DNA of 64,000 nt from Octopus vulgaris (GCA_951406725.2 OX597819.1:132680001-132744000); one strand, 5' to 3'. Positions 12,950 to 27,120 are shown, counted from the stretch's first letter. Translations and numbers: made by a program. Notes: generated by a model not told the origin, from the letters alone.

Positions 12950-15185
12950 GTACAATTTGGCACAAATTGAAAGATTGAAAGTGGGGAAATTGCAAAACGA
13001 AAGCACAAGAATAAGATTAGAAAGAACATATAGAATAAGCGGCGATAAAGGGTTTGTTGAGATATTGGAAGACTTGAAAGGAAGAGTTGTAGCAATCGAG
13101 GCAAAACTGGAAAGATATGACAGTAGAACAAAACAATTCAAGCAGAACAGATTGTTTGAAGCCATTTAGAAAAAAATATTTGAAGAACTAGATGGGCAAT
13201 TATATCTAACATTGATACCAGATGCAGGCGAAAGCAAGGCATTCTGGGGAGGAATCTGGCATCAACCTGTAAAGCATAATGATAAAGCGCAGTGGCAGCA
13301 TGAAATCCAAGATGGGTTAAGAAATGAAATCCAAGAAATGTTAAGAAATGAAATCCAAGATAGGCTAAGAAATATACAAAGTCAAGGCAACATAAAAATA
13401 ACAACAGAAATTATAAAAAAAGTTAAGGAAAATCCCAAATTGGAAGAGCCCAGAGTCGGATGGTGTCCAACGGTATTGGATGAAGAAACTGAGAGGGTTC
13501 CATGAAAGGATAGCGCAACAGTTAGATGAGTGCTTGCATGAAGACGCAGAATCCAACGGCAAGGATCCTGGAAAGGGCGATACTTTATCTGACTTTAGAC
13601 CAATAACGCGTCTTGCGCTAATGTGGAAAATATGTTCAAGTGCTTTGTTCCACTGAATCGTATAAATACTTAGAAAAATGTGGGATGCTGCCTATAGAAG
13701 AGAAAGGGTGCTGCAAGAGAAACCGGGGGACGAAAGTTCATCTGTTAATTGATAATCTAATTATCAGAAACTGCAAGAGAAGATAAACAAATATGATAGA
13801 TTATCGCAAGGCATGCAATAAGATACCACATCTTGGATAAGAAGAACAATGGAAATGTATGGAGTAGCAGAAAACACGAGATGCCTTATATGGAGCAGCA
13901 TGAAATATTGGAGAAATGAATTGACAGCAAGGAATCAGGTATTGGGAGAGGTGAAAACCAAGAGAGGAATCTACCACGGATACAGTGTGTTCCCACTAAT
14001 CTTTGCACTAGGAATGATTCCCCTGAGTGAAATGCTGCAGAAAACAAAGCTGGGAAGGGTTAAGGGAAAACCGAACCACTTGCTTTTTATAGATGACTTG
14101 AAATTGTTCACAAAATTTGAGGCAAAACTGGACAGCCTAGTCCAGTGTGTGCGGACATTCTCGGATGTTATCAAGATGGAGTTTGGAATTTCAGAATTTG
14201 CTGCGATGGTGATGAGACGAAGAAAGCTTGTCAGGACAGAGGGTGTATATATACCAAGTGTTAAACAGATTAAGTGAAATGATGAAGACCGTTGAACCTG
14301 AATCTTGATATAAATATCTGGAAATACTTGATGGAATTAAACACAGCGATATGAAAGAAAAAAAACAAAGAAAGAGTACCGGCGGCGAGTGAGAAAAATA
14401 TTGGTTTCGTAGCTGAATCCCAGGAACAATTTCGGCAATAAACTCGCGCTGGAATCCTGAAGTGGAATCCTGAAGGAGTTGGACAGGAAGACAAGAAAGC
14501 TCCTAACGATGCACGGAGCCCATCTTCCACGTACAGGCACTGATCGCCTATACACGAAAAGAGCAAATGAGAGAAGGGGACTGATGAGTGTGGAAGACAG
14601 CGTAGGTATGAACTCGAGAGCTTAATGAGATGCCTATCCCAAAGTAAGAAACCTTGCTAGTGTCAGATAAGGATAACAAAGCAGAGTAAAATAAAAAGGA
14701 ACAAAACAAAACAGGAAGGACATGAAGAAGCACTGCGCAACAAGGGACCACGCTGTCAGTTCCACGTAGCTACAACAAAAGTTGCTGGAAAACATTAGGG
14801 GGCTGTCAGAAGAAAGGAGCACTGGAAAAGGGGACTCAGAGCACCTTATTACTGACAGCACAAGATTAAGCTTCGGCGTTAAATTGAAGGGTCAAACTTA
14901 GGGATGAGCAAGTGTCTCCGCCGTCTCGAATCTGCAATACAGAGTGGACGAAAGCATTGCCCATCTCTTGAACGAATGCCCGACATTTGTCCGAAGCCAC
15001 TACAAGTTGTGGCGACACGATGAGGAAGGGAAAGTATTGTGGAGTCGAGTGAGAAGCGAGCCGTTGTATGAACACAAACCATAGAGAGTGGCGGAGTCGG
15101 GGACCTGAAAAATTCTGTGGAATTTCCCAATCGAAACAGATCAGGTTCTTGAGCACAACAAGCTGAACCTAGTGGTGGTGGGCAT
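12950..15185 (+). pseudogene. Degenerate R4/Dong-type non-LTR retrotransposon (RT plus restriction-like endonuclease), many stops and frameshifts
   Basis: KLERYDSRTKQFKQNRLF, FWGGIWHQPVKHN, PNWKSP, RGIYHGYSVFPLIF (RT motif B), NHLLFIDDLKLF (YxDD motif), MEFG; downstream knuckle and endonuclease remnants. Confidence 0.9.
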
Positions 15186-15248
15186 GGTGTAGTTAACAGA
15201 TGTCTCATTATATCAACTCCCAATGGATGAAACAATATGTTGGTATCT

Positions 15249-15249
<1 letters not shown>

Positions 15250-15337
<88 letters not shown>
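15250..15337. repeat. (ACT)n microsatellite
   Basis: Direct read. Confidence 0.98.
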
Positions 15338-15583
15338 ATGAAAATATGCTTGCAAACACAAGCAAGCACATACATATACACGCACATGGTCATACATACA
15401 TACATACATACATACATTCATACACACACATATAATTTTCAGACAAGTCACACTGACATGGTTGGAGTGGCGGTGGCACACCATGGAAACTCCAGGATGA
15501 GAGGTTACACTCCTTTCTTAAATAAACACACGCAACACCCACGTTCTCTCTCACTGTGTATATTCCCTTTCTGTCACTCAAGC

Positions 15584-15643
<60 letters not shown>

Positions 15644-16121
15644 TAAATAGATAGATAGATATAAAGAGAGGGGGAGAGAGGGAGAAATAGAGAGAGAGAG
15701 AGAGATAAATAGATAGATAGATATAAAGAGAGGGTGAGAGAGGGAGAAATAGAGAGAGAGAGAGAGATGGAGAGACAGAGAAAGAGCGAAAGTGAGAGAG
15801 AGTCTTTTAGCTGTACCTACTCATAAAAACATAAGCACACACACATATGTGTGTGTGTGTATTTTAATGTGTACACACACACATAGACTTGAAATATGTG
15901 TGTGTCTTTCTATTTATGGTTGTGTGTGTGTGTGTGTGAGCAAAACGCATATATCGATATTTGAACGGGTAATAAATCATTGTCAGGAAGAGTGACAAAC
16001 CCTGACGGGAATGTAGGTGGCGCTTCATGGCAGAATGGTTGTTAGTGCTTTGCTATTAGTGTGATTAAAACGATTACAACTATTGACATTCGCTTCAAAT
16101 ATAATTACATTGTGTAATGTA

Positions 16122-16165
<44 letters not shown>

Positions 16166-17227
16166 ACGCACACACACGCACACACGCAAACACATGCATA
16201 CACACACACAAAGTGGAATGTCTTCTAATCATTACAATTACTAAATAGATGTGTCATGTGTCGAGCTTTCGAAATGTACGCAAGTACAAACACACACACA
16301 CACAAACACTCAAACACTCAAACAATACACAAACACATACACACACACACAAACACACACAGACACAAACACACACTCACAAACACACACACATACACAA
16401 ACACACACACAAACACACATACAAACACACGCATACACACACCCAAACACACACACACAAACACACACACATACACACACACTTACATATGCGCTTGCAT
16501 ACATTTCGAAAGCTCATATATATATACATACATATGTAAGCAGAAGAGTGGAAAAAATATGTTTTTGACATTATTTATTCGCCATTACACGTGTTTCAGC
16601 TGCTAATAGGAGATACAAAATTTACATGTCGGAGAAACATGTATGATGTTTCCTATTCTTCAGAGAGAGAATCAAATGATAAGAGATATTTGACATGTTG
16701 TTCCTCCGTGTACAATTTTGCGACTCGTTTTAGCAAATGAAATAGTTGTAATGAGGAATAAATAATATCAGAGTATTTTATTCAAATTTCTTTTTTTGAT
16801 ATGTAATTATAATATATAAATATAAAAAATATAACGTCTATAGACGCCTTGGGCTTACTGGAATAAGTAGACGTGTTTGACGGAGTCACAGCTTGGATTA
16901 TAACACAATCTACATAATATACATATATATCCAAATGCATAAATACACACACATACGCGCACAAACGCACACACGCACACACACACACACACCACACCCA
17001 TCTTCACACCCCCACACTCACACACGCACACACAATCATAGAAATAGACATTTACGGACATATGGAAAGTAAATCTGGAGAGGCAGTTTATAACTAGAGG
17101 AGCCTGTTCAAAGAAATTTGTACAATGATAGCCGGATCCTTTTTGTACTTTTCTCTTTCGACGTACAATGATATACATGGAGTTCAAAGTACTGGTTATA
17201 AGTCATGTACTTTCATTTTGAACCCCA

Positions 17228-17329
<102 letters not shown>

Positions 17330-17399
17330 GTCTGTCTATCTATCTATCTATTTATGATTAAAAAACAAGAATGGAATGAGCAAATCTTTCTAATACATC

Positions 17400-17900
17400 A
17401 CTTTACAATTGTTTCATCTAAATTTGATCTCATCAATCTTGCAATATTATGAAGTAATATATGCAAATATTGATTCTTCATGTGACATTGAAATGAAACA
17501 CACCAAATCAGACTTATCAGAGTTACGTGTAGAAATCATTGGTACAAGTTCCCCAGCGGGAGTACTTCTCACGTCCAAATGCATATGAACGCGTTAAATA
17601 TGATTTTACCCATATATAGTTTTATGCAACGCTCCATTGTGCAACTTTTATCTTTGATCAAGCTTTACACACATCAGTAGACGCACCGTATTCTGTACTA
17701 ATAAGAACAACCAAGAACAAATTCGTTCTTCAGGGTTGTGAATGTCAGATTTGTTGTTCGTAGTTGACAGAGGAAAATAACGTACAAATTCATTCATCCT
17801 ACAATCCAATGATGTCGTTCATAGTCCAATGTATGTCTTCAAACGTTTCGAGAAGATTTTTCTCCCAGGGCTATTTCCACAGCGTAAGATTTTCACATGT
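17400..17900 (-). mobile_element. Degraded Penelope-like 3' end (GIY-YIG remnant plus damaged hammerhead)
   Basis: Minus frames give ILRC...KTYIGL*TTSLDCRMNE and EQQI*H; downstream minus TTGATGA-GATC...GAT-GAAACAATTGTA at 17403-17436 resembles the 62731 HHR. Confidence 0.4.
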
Positions 17901-18554
17901 CTGAATACACTCGAACGTGTTAAATATAACGTGTATGTATAAGTGTGGGTGTTAATGAGTACTGGGAGAAAGTGAATTAATATTGTTGCTTTGTGTTAAT
18001 CACCCCATCTTTTGAGGATATTTAGTACTACTTTATCCCGTGTGTTCTTGCTTAAGATGGTACGTTTCATTTTATGCTGATTTAACTGCTATTTCTGCAA
18101 CGTGGACCACCTCTGGGCTCTCTCAATTGGCTCTGGGCTCTTGTCCATATAAATTGATACAGAGCGCGTGTATTTATAGCAAGTGTATATAGTGCGTGTA
18201 TATATAGTGTGTATAGTAGATGTATATACAGCGAGTGAGTACAGTACGTATAAAGAAAACAAATGTGTATAGTATATGTATATATGCGAAGTGTGTATAA
18301 TATGTGTATACAGAACAAGTAAACCGTTTATATTTTCTATTGTAGAATTAATATTCACCGATGTCCGTTTTTTTTCTTCCTTTTCTCACTTTCTACTTCG
18401 ACATTCTCACCCTGAACGAGGTGGAGCCCTCCAAGAACCCAACGAAAGACTGGATCTTTGTCTTAACCCAGGAGACTCTAAGGCCAAGGGGTTCCACTTC
18501 CTTCCTCAGTGAAACGAATGCGCGCTTCTAAGGGGATCCAGAGACTCAGCAAGA

Positions 18555-19050
18555 ATAACTACGTCATAAGCAAGATCTCGGTCTGTAATTCTAGTCCCCA
18601 CCCCCAATGAGTGCACCACAGCTCGATCGAGCCACAATTTGACCGAGTATCAGGTTCCATGTAGGTATTCAACAAAATAGGAGCCAAGATACTACCTTGA
18701 CGGGTCCCCAGAACTAACTGGGAAAAAGTCAGATACTGAGCCCCGCAATCCAAACTGCACCGGATGTTCCGGTGTTCAGGGTCATCAGCAGCCCTATGAG
18801 TTGCGGAGGTATACAGCGTATCCCTCTTCACCGAGTCAAACGCTTTGTGGAGGTCGACATAGGTACAAAGACATTTCGCAGGATTATGGCTTAGCATTGG
18901 TCGGATTTCGTATCCAACCAACGACTTTAATCACAAACTGGGAGGAATCCGGTTACGTGTATGATTTAGGAACAACAGCTCAGACGGTTTGGCCATGTTG
19001 CTTGCTTTTTCGAGTTCGACTCTGCTTGCCGTATTCTCTTCAGTAAGGAT
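18555..19050 (-). pseudogene. RTE-type LINE reverse transcriptase fragment
   Basis: YVDLHKAFDSVKR (motif A), GTRQGSILAPILLNTYM (motif B), DLAYDVVI (degenerate ADD) across frameshifts. Confidence 0.8.
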
Positions 19051-19451
19051 TCGGCTGGGTTGACAGCTCGTGTTGGTCGACCACATGCCACATGGTCACA
19101 GAAGACAAGGATGTATCATGTGGAGATAGGGACTAATGAAAGCTCTGCTTGACGGGTCGTCCGGGAGGACCTGGGAATATATAAAGAAATGGTGAATGCA
19201 ATCACGTGCTGCAACGGCGCATGCGCTCACATTTGACCTGACCTGATGTCCCTTTTACGCCTTCTACGTTTATGTCCCGTTCATTATTTTTTGGTAACCA
19301 TGACGTTCTGTGGTTGTGTCCATGGGAATTACACTGAGGTGTCCCCTCATTGACTTTCGCTGGCCACTGTGAAAGCTTTGAATATGAGAATTTATCATTT
19401 TGAAAGCGTTCAGGCATTCCCCAAGAACGTTGACAATACAAATGAACAATA

Positions 19452-19690
19452 CAGTTCTATATTAAAGAGATGAAGAAATATGTACATTATTTACATTTGA
19501 CGGATATTTGTTTTCACCTTGTTTGTTATTAACACATCGAAAAATACCTTAGGAATGAGAACCCAGGTTCGAAATTTCTCCAAGACACCTGATGAAGGCT
19601 GGAGAGTATATCAGCCGAAACGTTGTGTTAACAACAAACAAGATGAGGACAAATATCCGTCGAATGTAAATAATCTAAATAAATACAAAT
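19452..19690 (+). mobile_element. Hammerhead-bearing element family H3, headless copy with an inverted 5' duplication of its 3' end
   Basis: 19452-19536 is an inverted copy of the family 3' end (pairs with 19624-19675); HHR GACAC-CTGATGA-A-GGCTG...CAGCC-GAAACGTT-GTGTT at 19584-19629. Confidence 0.8.
19584..19629 (+). ncRNA. Minimal type I hammerhead ribozyme
   Basis: Core CUGAUGA and GAAA, stem I GACAC/GUGUU, stem II GGCUG/CAGCC, palindromic ACGU in place of stem III, cleavage triplet GUU. Confidence 0.75.
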
Positions 19691-19943
19691 GAAATAAAAA
19701 TTCTCTATACGCGTAGACATTAAGTTTATGAGTGGAGAATGGTGTAATTACCGCCATATAATCTTCTATGAGGCAACAATAACATCTTCTAGAGCTGTTC
19801 AAACAGAACAATTTCACACGTACAACACGTCGTGTTTATTCAGGAGAATAGTTATAAAAAGTTATTTCACTATATCTAATGTAACATCTTACGTATTTAT
19901 CGCACATATCTAATGTTATATATATATCTATATCTCTATATCT

Positions 19944-20006
<63 letters not shown>

Positions 20007-20015
20007 CATACATAC

Positions 20016-20075
<60 letters not shown>

Positions 20076-20579
20076 GTATGTATGTATATGATAGGATCCA
20101 ACATGTTTACATTGCAAATACGAACCGATACGGCAATGTATCTGAGGAAAAACTGAAATACGCGATGCTTGATAAGAAGTCTCACTGATGATGCAATAAT
20201 AATTCCGTTTCACATAAAAGAAAGCAGCAGCGGGAGAGAAGCTAATTAGATGTGTTGCTATCGAAACGGGAAGTAAAAAGTTTTAAAATTAAATGCCAAT
20301 TCTGAATATATATACTTTTGTTTTTATTCCATCTGGCTGATTATTAACGAGGTAGATTTTCCAGCGGGGGGTGGGGGTAGCAGAGTGCAAACATCCAACA
20401 CCCCCGAAATGGTGAATCTTTATTTATCTTGTTTTCAGCATGACTCTCAACCCCCCACCCCACCGCCCTCACAGTGCGTTCGGTTCAGCTTGTTTATATT
20501 TCGTTCCATCTCTGCCATTGTTAATGAGCTGGAATGTTCAGAATGCAGTCGAAACACTAACACACTCTCAGAATTCTGT

Positions 20580-20616
<37 letters not shown>

Positions 20617-20640
20617 GCATGCATAAACGCATACTCACAC

Positions 20641-20697
<57 letters not shown>

Positions 20698-20721
20698 ATA
20701 TATCTATATCTGTCTATCTTC

Positions 20722-20872
<151 letters not shown>

Positions 20873-21094
20873 AAAAAAGATGTGGAACACGAGTTGTGAT
20901 ATATAAAAAAAGGAAATGAAGAAAATGCTGACAAAATAATTTAAGTAATTTAAGTAATTTAATTAGGTGAGAGTTCTTTTTACCGGTTGCGCATTTGTTA
21001 TGCTTATCAAAAGATATTTTTTTAAGAGAGATAGAGTTCCTTTCTGATAGACTTTTTTCCTCTTATCTGACTTTATGTTGGGTTTGCTGTCTCT

Positions 21095-21127
<33 letters not shown>

Positions 21128-21630
21128 CATAGTAAAATTATAAAACACAGACTGAATAGTTTGAAATGGTTTCGTACAGTTTATGACAGAGAGAGGTCAT
21201 CAATTATATTTATAGAATTTTAGAGTTTGTCTTCGTAGAGTAAGCTAGACTTTCGGCAGTAACAGGTCAGCATTTGTAAACGAAGGCGATCGTTGCAGAG
21301 AAAAAATAATAAGACCCTGGGGAGCAAAGAATTCGGAACAAAAAAAAACCCCAAAAACTTTCATTCGTCTCACGTTAATAATGTTATTTATAAAGGTGTC
21401 AGCTTAACACTCCGTCTTAAAATAGAGACAATCCTTTTTGAAATAGATACGCAATCGCTGAATCTTCTAGAAACAGTAACTAAACCTTCCTCAATTATTT
21501 AAAGCTGAAATAAACACATATCTGAAGAAAGAAAAAAATAAAAAAATACTAGAAAAGAAAACAGGAAATCGTAAAAAGCAGATTGAATGATTAAATAAAG
21601 AGACAATATTGCATACACGTCTGTAATGCT

Positions 21631-21672
21631 GAATATCACACAGGGAATATCACACAGGGAATATCACACAGT
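21631..21672. repeat. 14-bp tandem repeat GAATATCACACAGG x3
   Basis: Direct read. Confidence 0.9.
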
Positions 21673-22019
21673 ATGACACAGACAGCAAGGCATAGAATAA
21701 CATCCAGCTGAATTCATGGAATAACACACAATATTATCCTAAGCAGCAGTTGACGAAAGAACTCATGGACAAGCAACGAAGACACCATCCCGGATAGAAC
21801 CGAGGATATCATATAGAATATCATAATTGATATCGTAGAGAACAATCCAGGCATTTATACTAAGTGGAGAAATTTACCTGAACAAAAATCGAATCACAAC
21901 AAACTATGAGCCTCAATATTACACATGCAGCGGCGCATGCTCAGAGCGTTGAAGGTCATCATTTCACTACCATGCAGTGTTTCATTTCTTTCACAAGCAT
22001 CGTACAATACACCCTTTAC

Positions 22020-22104
<85 letters not shown>

Positions 22105-22721
22105 TTTGATAGCAGCAAATCTAAATTTGTTCTCAAAGTCTTGCAACCCGCTCTTCGAAACTCCTGCCTCCACGATTAATTAAGTCATCTTGGTAAAAAT
22201 GCCCTCAGCTACTTCTAAGGAATTTTCTGCGGCTATGAATTAATTCATCACACATCACGTGTATTCTGACTGCTAGCGACACCGATGTCAGCTAAACTGT
22301 GACCCCACTGCATTTTTTGTGCTTCTGTACTTCACATTGGGCACACACTACTGAATTCTTGTCGACTTCCGCAAGTAAAACATGGCCATTTCTCCGATGA
22401 CCGTAGAACCATTTCTTCTTTACTTTTAACACATAGTGAACAAAATAAAATAAATAGAGCGAAAAAAAACTCCAGCAACTATTAAATACAGAAGAAGATA
22501 TAAATGAAGTTATACTCGGTGTAATGAAAACAAAATTCATTCAACGACTCTATCAGGGTCATCGTGTCCCCTGTTACCTTATGAAAACTATTCCTCGCCA
22601 GGTGAAGTTACGCTCTGGTACGAACACATTTCATATAGAAACTTTTAAAGCTAGAAATTTTGACTACGAGAGTAATCTGGACTATACCAAAGGAAATAAA
22701 TAACAGAGGGAAATAGGTCTT

Positions 22722-23015
22722 CAGTTCTATATTTAAGAGATGAGGAATTATGTACATTATTTACATTATTTACATTTTACGGATATTTATCCCCATCTTG
22801 TTTGTTATTAACACAACGTTTCAGCTGATATGCCCTCCAGCCTTCATCAGGTGTCTTGGGGAAATTTCAAACCTGGGTTCTCGTTCCTAAGGTATTTTTC
22901 AATGTTATTATTATTTTTATTATTCAGGTCACTGCCTGGAACTGAACTCGGTATCTTGAGGTCAGTGGCTCGCGCTCTTAACCACTACGCCATATGCCCA
23001 CGGGCATATGGCGTA
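22722..23015 (-). mobile_element. tRNA-headed SINE-like element carrying a hammerhead ribozyme (family H3, full length)
   Basis: Minus strand: GGGCATATGGCGTAGTGGTTAAG (A box) ... CCGAGTTCAGTTCCAGG (B box / T arm) at 22999-22927, then AAT spacer, HHR at 22855-22810 and the same 3' end as 19452; 14-bp inverted duplication at the 5' end (22986-23015). Confidence 0.75.
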
Positions 23016-23255
23016 AATATGTAAATAATGAAATAGGTATTTCCACCATATATTTTATTCAGGAATTTATAAATAAAAAATTAAATCATGGTCGACAGAA
23101 AAGGGAAATAATGAAAGAAATCTCTCAATCATTAATCATAAAAGACATAGAAATCAAATATATAAAAAAAGGAGTTGCCAGAATGAAATGAAAAAGAGTT
23201 TGCTCAATGACGAAGAGTCCGACGGAATAAAAAGCAGCATTTGGTAAAGTCGAGA

Positions 23256-23399
23256 TAGGCGGAGGCATGGCTGTGTGGTAAGAAACTTCCATCCCAACCT
23301 TATGGTTCCGGGTTCAGTCCCTCTGTGTGGCACCTTGGATATACTAAATATATCTACAATAGCATCGAGTCGACCATATGAAGACTGTCATTTATACAA

Positions 23400-23477
<78 letters not shown>

Positions 23478-23700
23478 GTGTGTGTCTGTGTTTGTCCTTC
23501 CCCACCACTGCTTGGCAATCGGTGTCGGTGTGTTTACATTCCTGTAATTTAGTAGTTCCGCAACAGTGACCCATAGAACAAGTTCCAGGCTTAGAGAGAG
23601 AAGTAAGTACCGCGGTCGATTCGCTCGACTAAAATTCCTAAAGGTGGTGCTCCAGCATGGCACCAGTCTAATGACTGAAACAAGTAAAACGTAAAAGATT
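23256..23700 (+). mobile_element. SINE family A with internal (TA)n
   Basis: GGCATGGCTGTGTGGTAAG...GGTTCAGTCCC...CCTTGG head; GTGCTCCAGCATGG...GACTGAAACAAGTAAAA tail. Confidence 0.85.
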
Positions 23701-23784
23701 CAAAGCAAAACACGAGACCCAACAGCACCAAACGAGTCAGGTTTTTGAAGGGGATCTTGGAGGGAGACTGTATTAACAGGAACT

Positions 23785-24090
23785 CACGTGATCATGTCAC
23801 GTGACCGACCAGGCTATCAGATGTTGTTATACATCACTGGTCACAATGCGCATTTGCATTGTTTTAGCTTTCGAATGATGCCACCCGGCTGACTGGGCGA
23901 GTAGGTTAACATTCCCTCCGATCGAAAGGTTACTCTATCATAGGGTGACCCATTTGCAGCTGAGTGGACTGGAGCAACGTGAAATGAAATGTTTTGCTCA
24001 AGAACACAATGCACCGTCCAGTCAGGAAATCGAGCCTACGATCTAGCGATCGTGAGTGCAACAGCATCACCACTAGGTCATGAATCTTCG
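23785..24090 (-). mobile_element. SINE family C (tRNA head plus Deu/Nin-like domain)
   Basis: Minus strand: TGACCTAGTGG (A box)...GGCTCGATTTCC (B box)...GTGTTCTTGAGCAA...CAGTCCACTCAGCTGCAAATGGG; diverged relative near 38690-38830. Confidence 0.65.
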
Positions 24091-24884
24091 CAAGAACCAA
24101 TAAAATAGAAACAAAAGGACAACCTTTCACTGGATTTGTTTTCAATAATTCTAATGTAACTTTCTATAAGCTTGTTAAATGTCTGATTATTGAAACATAG
24201 GCTGGAAAGCGGAGCATTTTCCAATCGAAGTTCGATGTAGAGGGTTTGTTGGACACAGTGTGAGACGACTGTTGTTATTGTTTGGCCTAACTCACCGTAA
24301 AATAAATACCACTATGACCGATATCCAAACTACAGTGGAGAAGGCTATCCATTGGATTTGGTTAAAAAGAGACGATGAGCGATGGCTAGAAGAATATTGA
24401 GCTTTATTTGATAATCAGTTGATCTAGAAAGTGGGGCCTAATATCAGTGAGGGGGGCCGGTGCGCATTGATGCTGTCAAGAGGTAGAACCCGAAACGGCG
24501 CGCATTCTCTCTTGATGACCCCCATATACTTGCTGGCTTCCGGTATGCGGAGTTCTCGACTGGTAGCACTTGCATGTGAAAGTTGTTTGCAAGACGTATT
24601 ATTATTTTGTTAGGATTCTTAGAATAGTTTCGTGGTTGTTTAACTTTTTACAACTTAACAATTAGTCCCAGAGTCTACAGAATGCAACCCTTCCAACAAA
24701 ATCGAAACAACTGGCAATGACAGACCTATTGCTAAAATACTTGCAAAAACAACCAATAATCTCTTGAATGAGCGGAAAAACAAAAACACCTGAGCGACTG
24801 ACGGTGGGGGGGGGGCAGGGGAAAGACGATCTTAATCCAATAAATTAATCCAGTAATAATATAGAGGCAGCAGAATAGGCATCG

Positions 24885-25175
24885 ACGGCTAGCAAGCCAT
24901 GCTACTTCAGACTGAAGACGAGCAATGGCTCAGAAACTAGTCTCTGGTTGCTGGCTTTGTTGGGTGGAGGTGCTTATCTCCCCCTTGTAAACATAAGGAC
25001 ACAGAAAATGTGTCAAGTCCAACAGGAAACGGTGTTTCCTAGGGTTAAATAACAGTAGCATTCTTCCCTTTCATGGGACTGTCACATTAAGTTGACAACA
25101 TACTATCACTTTATCGTGCTGCTACTGTATAAATCTCTCTCAGAGATTTAGAAATGCATTATTTCTAGTATAATT
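24885..25175 (+). mobile_element. Hammerhead-bearing retrozyme-like element family H4, partial copy
   Basis: Homologous to 32160-32437; HHR CAGA-CTGAAGA-C-GAGC-AATG-GCTC-A-GAAACTAGTC-TCTG at 24908-24946. Confidence 0.75.
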
Positions 25176-25341
25176 TTCGACAAACCATTCATTCTGGCCC
25201 CAATTTATAGAGTAAATTATTATGCTACCTTAGTACAGTTATAATACGGCATCAAATCCATTAAATCCCAGATCTGCGTAACTCCTGAAGGTACCGCATT
25301 AAACAACAGCAACACCAACCACAGCATCAACAAGGACGACA

Positions 25342-25376
<35 letters not shown>

Positions 25377-25600
25377 GACGACGACGACGACGACGACTAC
25401 TACCACTACTACGACGACTGCAACAACAACAGCAGCAGCGGCAACAACAACATAGCGTAAGACAAAGGTTCGGTCGATATAAAAAAAACGAAAAGAAATT
25501 CAATAACGAACTCTACAAAAAGGTAAGAGATGTCCAAACGGCATATTAGAATGGAAATATAATTCGCTGAACAACAGAAGACTTGGACTGAAGGTACGTT

Positions 25601-25671
25601 AGCATCCGGTTGTGAAACAGCATCCGGTTGTGAAATAGCATCCGGTTGTGAAACAGCATCCGGTTGTGAAA
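25601..25671. repeat. 18-bp tandem repeat AGCATCCGGTTGTGAAA(C/T) x4
   Basis: Direct read; no spacers between units. Confidence 0.95.
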
Positions 25672-26689
25672 TGCTGTACGAAAATGGAATAGCTCTCTAC
25701 ATTTCCAAACAAAATATGAAATTAATCTGAATTAGAATGATATCCCTTAAATATTCACCCTGTGCTTTTTTCTTTTTCTGTTTGGTTATAACATTTATCT
25801 AATCAGCAATCTAAACTTGACTGGATAAAGATACAAACGCTGTCTAATAACCGTCAATGATAGTCTGTAAAGCGATGCTCTCATGCTGTTTGCTGCTGAT
25901 GGCAGACAAGCGGAAAGCCTGTTACATACAGTGTACAGATTCAGAAAGTGAATTCACACAGAAATCAGTTAAAAAAATACGACGTGGCGAATTTGAAGAG
26001 TGGAAGATTAATAATAAAAATAGTAATATGTTAAATAAACAACCGGGAGGAAGATAATTATACGAAAACAGACAGGAATTGAAAAGCAGACAGAAGTGGA
26101 GAGAAGAGACAAAACTGTTTAGTGTAAACCGAAAAGAAAATTATATTTATCGCCCGTGTAGGAGGTAGATCTAACTACAATTATAAAATTCTGTCGTAAA
26201 TAATCACGAAATAAAAATACGAAACATGAAGAAATTCTAAAACTGTTTCCTGTCTTGTTTGAAACCAAGAAATATCAACCATAAGCACATATATGTGAGG
26301 AAGAAAACAGAACAACTGGAGTTATTAAGAAAAAGACCCCCTACAATTAATGAACTGAAAACGAGGCAATGAAAGACCTATGTGATACAATGAGCTGTTA
26401 AAAATAATAGTCATATCTCACTCACATTGTACTCCACTTAACAAGGCAAAGATATTAATGTAGTCGTATGTAAAGACAACAGAGGGTTTGGTAATGGGCG
26501 GAGTGTCTTCGAGTCTTTATTGGTAATAATAACCACCAGAAAATTGTAAATAATGTTAGAAAACGGGATTGCAAAGCCTTAGCAAAATCTGGTCTTCAGT
26601 TGCGAATATCTGGGAGACGATGCGTCGCGTATATATCCACACACGTATACAAAGTGGGGAAACACACACACACACACACATATAATATA

Positions 26690-27089
26690 TATGTATGTAT
26701 GTATTTATGTATTTATGTATGTATGTATTTATGTATGTATGTGTGTATGTATGTATGTATGTATGTATGTATGTATGTATGTATGTATGTGTGTGTGTAT
26801 GTATGTATGTATGTATTTATTTATGTATGTATGTATGTATGTATTTATGTATGTATGTATGTATGTATTTATGTATGTATGTATGTATGTATTTATGTAT
26901 GTATGTATATATGTATGTATGTATGTATGTATTTATGTATGTATGTATGTATTTATGTATGTATGTATGTATGTATATATGTATTTATGTATGTATGTAT
27001 GAATGTATATATGTATGTATGTATGTATTTATGTATGTATGTATGTATGTATGTATGTATGTATATGTGTGTGTTTTTATTTATGTATG

Positions 27090-27118
<29 letters not shown>
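26690..27118. repeat. (TATG)n microsatellite
   Basis: Direct read; source of MYVC ORFs. Confidence 0.98.

Positions 27119-27120
<2 letters not shown>

Noticed and set aside
16575-16670. Minus-strand CTGAAGA...GAAACACGTGTA hammerhead-like boxes
   Set aside because: Stem II does not close next to GAAA and stem I is absent
22927-22999. Possible genuine tRNA gene
   Set aside because: Acceptor and anticodon stems do not pair well and it is attached to a repeat body; treated as a SINE head
25601-25671. 18-bp repeat ending in GAAAC/GAAAT, superficially CRISPR-like
   Set aside because: Units are directly adjacent with no spacers, no cas genes, eukaryotic context
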